Below, one piece after another: positions 46,978-47,786 of a stretch of 47,786 nucleotides of DNA; the stretch's first letter is position 1; each line of letters begins with the position of its first letter. This DNA comes from Chara braunii (lineage: Eukaryota; Plantae; Charophyceae), in the NCBI GenBank assembly GCA_003427395.1, contig BFEA01000023.1, forward strand, positions 4,097,567-4,145,352, given 5' to 3'. The notes under the pieces were generated by a model. It did not search any database and had not been told where the DNA came from. It saw only the letters and a list, made by a program, of their open reading frames with translations. The translations under genes were made by a program, and so were the position numbers.

Positions 46978-47708
46978 TAGGGTTGCCGGCGTTCAGGACG
47001 GGACGAACGTCCGAACCCCAATGCCCGAACGTATGGGACCCCTTGGGGATGCGTTCGGCCATTCGGGCCGAACGCGGACCCAAAAAAAAAAAAAAAAAAA
47101 AAACAAATCATCGCCAAAATCTGAAAAATAGATATGTTATGGAGAAACATAAATTAAACAAGATTTGTCTGAGCATTATATCCCAATTCCTTACCAAATT
47201 TGAAATAAAAATAAAATACGAAAAATAAATACTAATAATAAAAATAAATAGAAATAAAAAGAGAATTAAATTTAGTGAGTGCGCGAGCATGTTTTCGACA
47301 CCGCCATCTTTGACAATTTTTCATTTTTTTTTTTTGCATAGCTAAATGCCCTCAAATTTTAGAGATGTGTACCTCACATAATACAAAACCCACTAAAAAA
47401 GTTTCAAAAAATAATAAAATTGTTTAGACCCCGAACTAAAGTGAAAACAAAAAGTAAAAAGTGAAAAAATACGTGGGCGAGCACGTTTTGACACCACCAT
47501 CTTTGGCGATTTTTAATTATTATTTGGCTTAGCCAAATGACTTGAAAATTTACAGGCATGTACCGCACATCATAGAGAACTCACAAAAAACATTTCAGAA
47601 AAACATAATTACTTTTAGGCCCCGAAATAAGTTTTGGCGGGGGCCGAACGCCGTCGGGTTCGGACCCCGTACGGGACCCCGAACGCCCGTACGTACGTGC
47701 TGGTGGCC

Positions 47709-47711
<3 letters not shown>
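46978..47711 (+). mobile_element. hAT-like non-autonomous element flanked by (TA)n
   Basis: Termini TAGGGTTGCC and GGTGGCCCTG, subterminal CCGAAC/GTTCGG motifs, AT-rich core, TA repeats on both sides. Confidence 0.7.

Positions 47712-47772
<61 letters not shown>
47712..47772 (+). repeat. (TA)n microsatellite
   Basis: Seen directly. Confidence 0.95.
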
Positions 47773-47775
<3 letters not shown>

Positions 47776-47786
47776 CACAAATAGAA

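Overview
Repeat-rich eukaryotic nuclear DNA. The plant-type U6, the cox1 and nad7 peptides and the L1 element point to a streptophyte, probably a charophyte alga such as Chara; this is inference, not verified. Best-supported content: (1) a full-length but degenerate ~7.7 kb L1/Tx1-clade LINE (29826-37518) with poly(A) tail and a perfect 15-bp target-site duplication (TSD); (2) two U6 snRNA copies, one a clear processed retrocopy (poly(A) plus 15-bp TSD) and one older copy with an 11-nt insertion right after the ACAGAGA box; (3) mitochondrial fragments: two non-adjacent cox1 pieces at ~12.1-12.56 kb, and a 56-bp nad7 piece inside LINE ORF1; (4) a probable multi-exon minus-strand type I membrane protein gene (~19519 to 6766) whose cytoplasmic tail has a kinase G-loop-like motif but no kinase domain; (5) a tRNA-derived SINE and a palindromic element built from two tRNA-like heads; (6) many MITE families (TTAA-flanked, TA-flanked, Harbinger-like, hAT-like), foldbacks, tandem repeats, microsatellites and three assembly gaps. 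Weak hints of a second minus-strand WD40-like gene exist. No prokaryotic system or CRISPR array is supported, and I cannot claim a confirmed new biological system.
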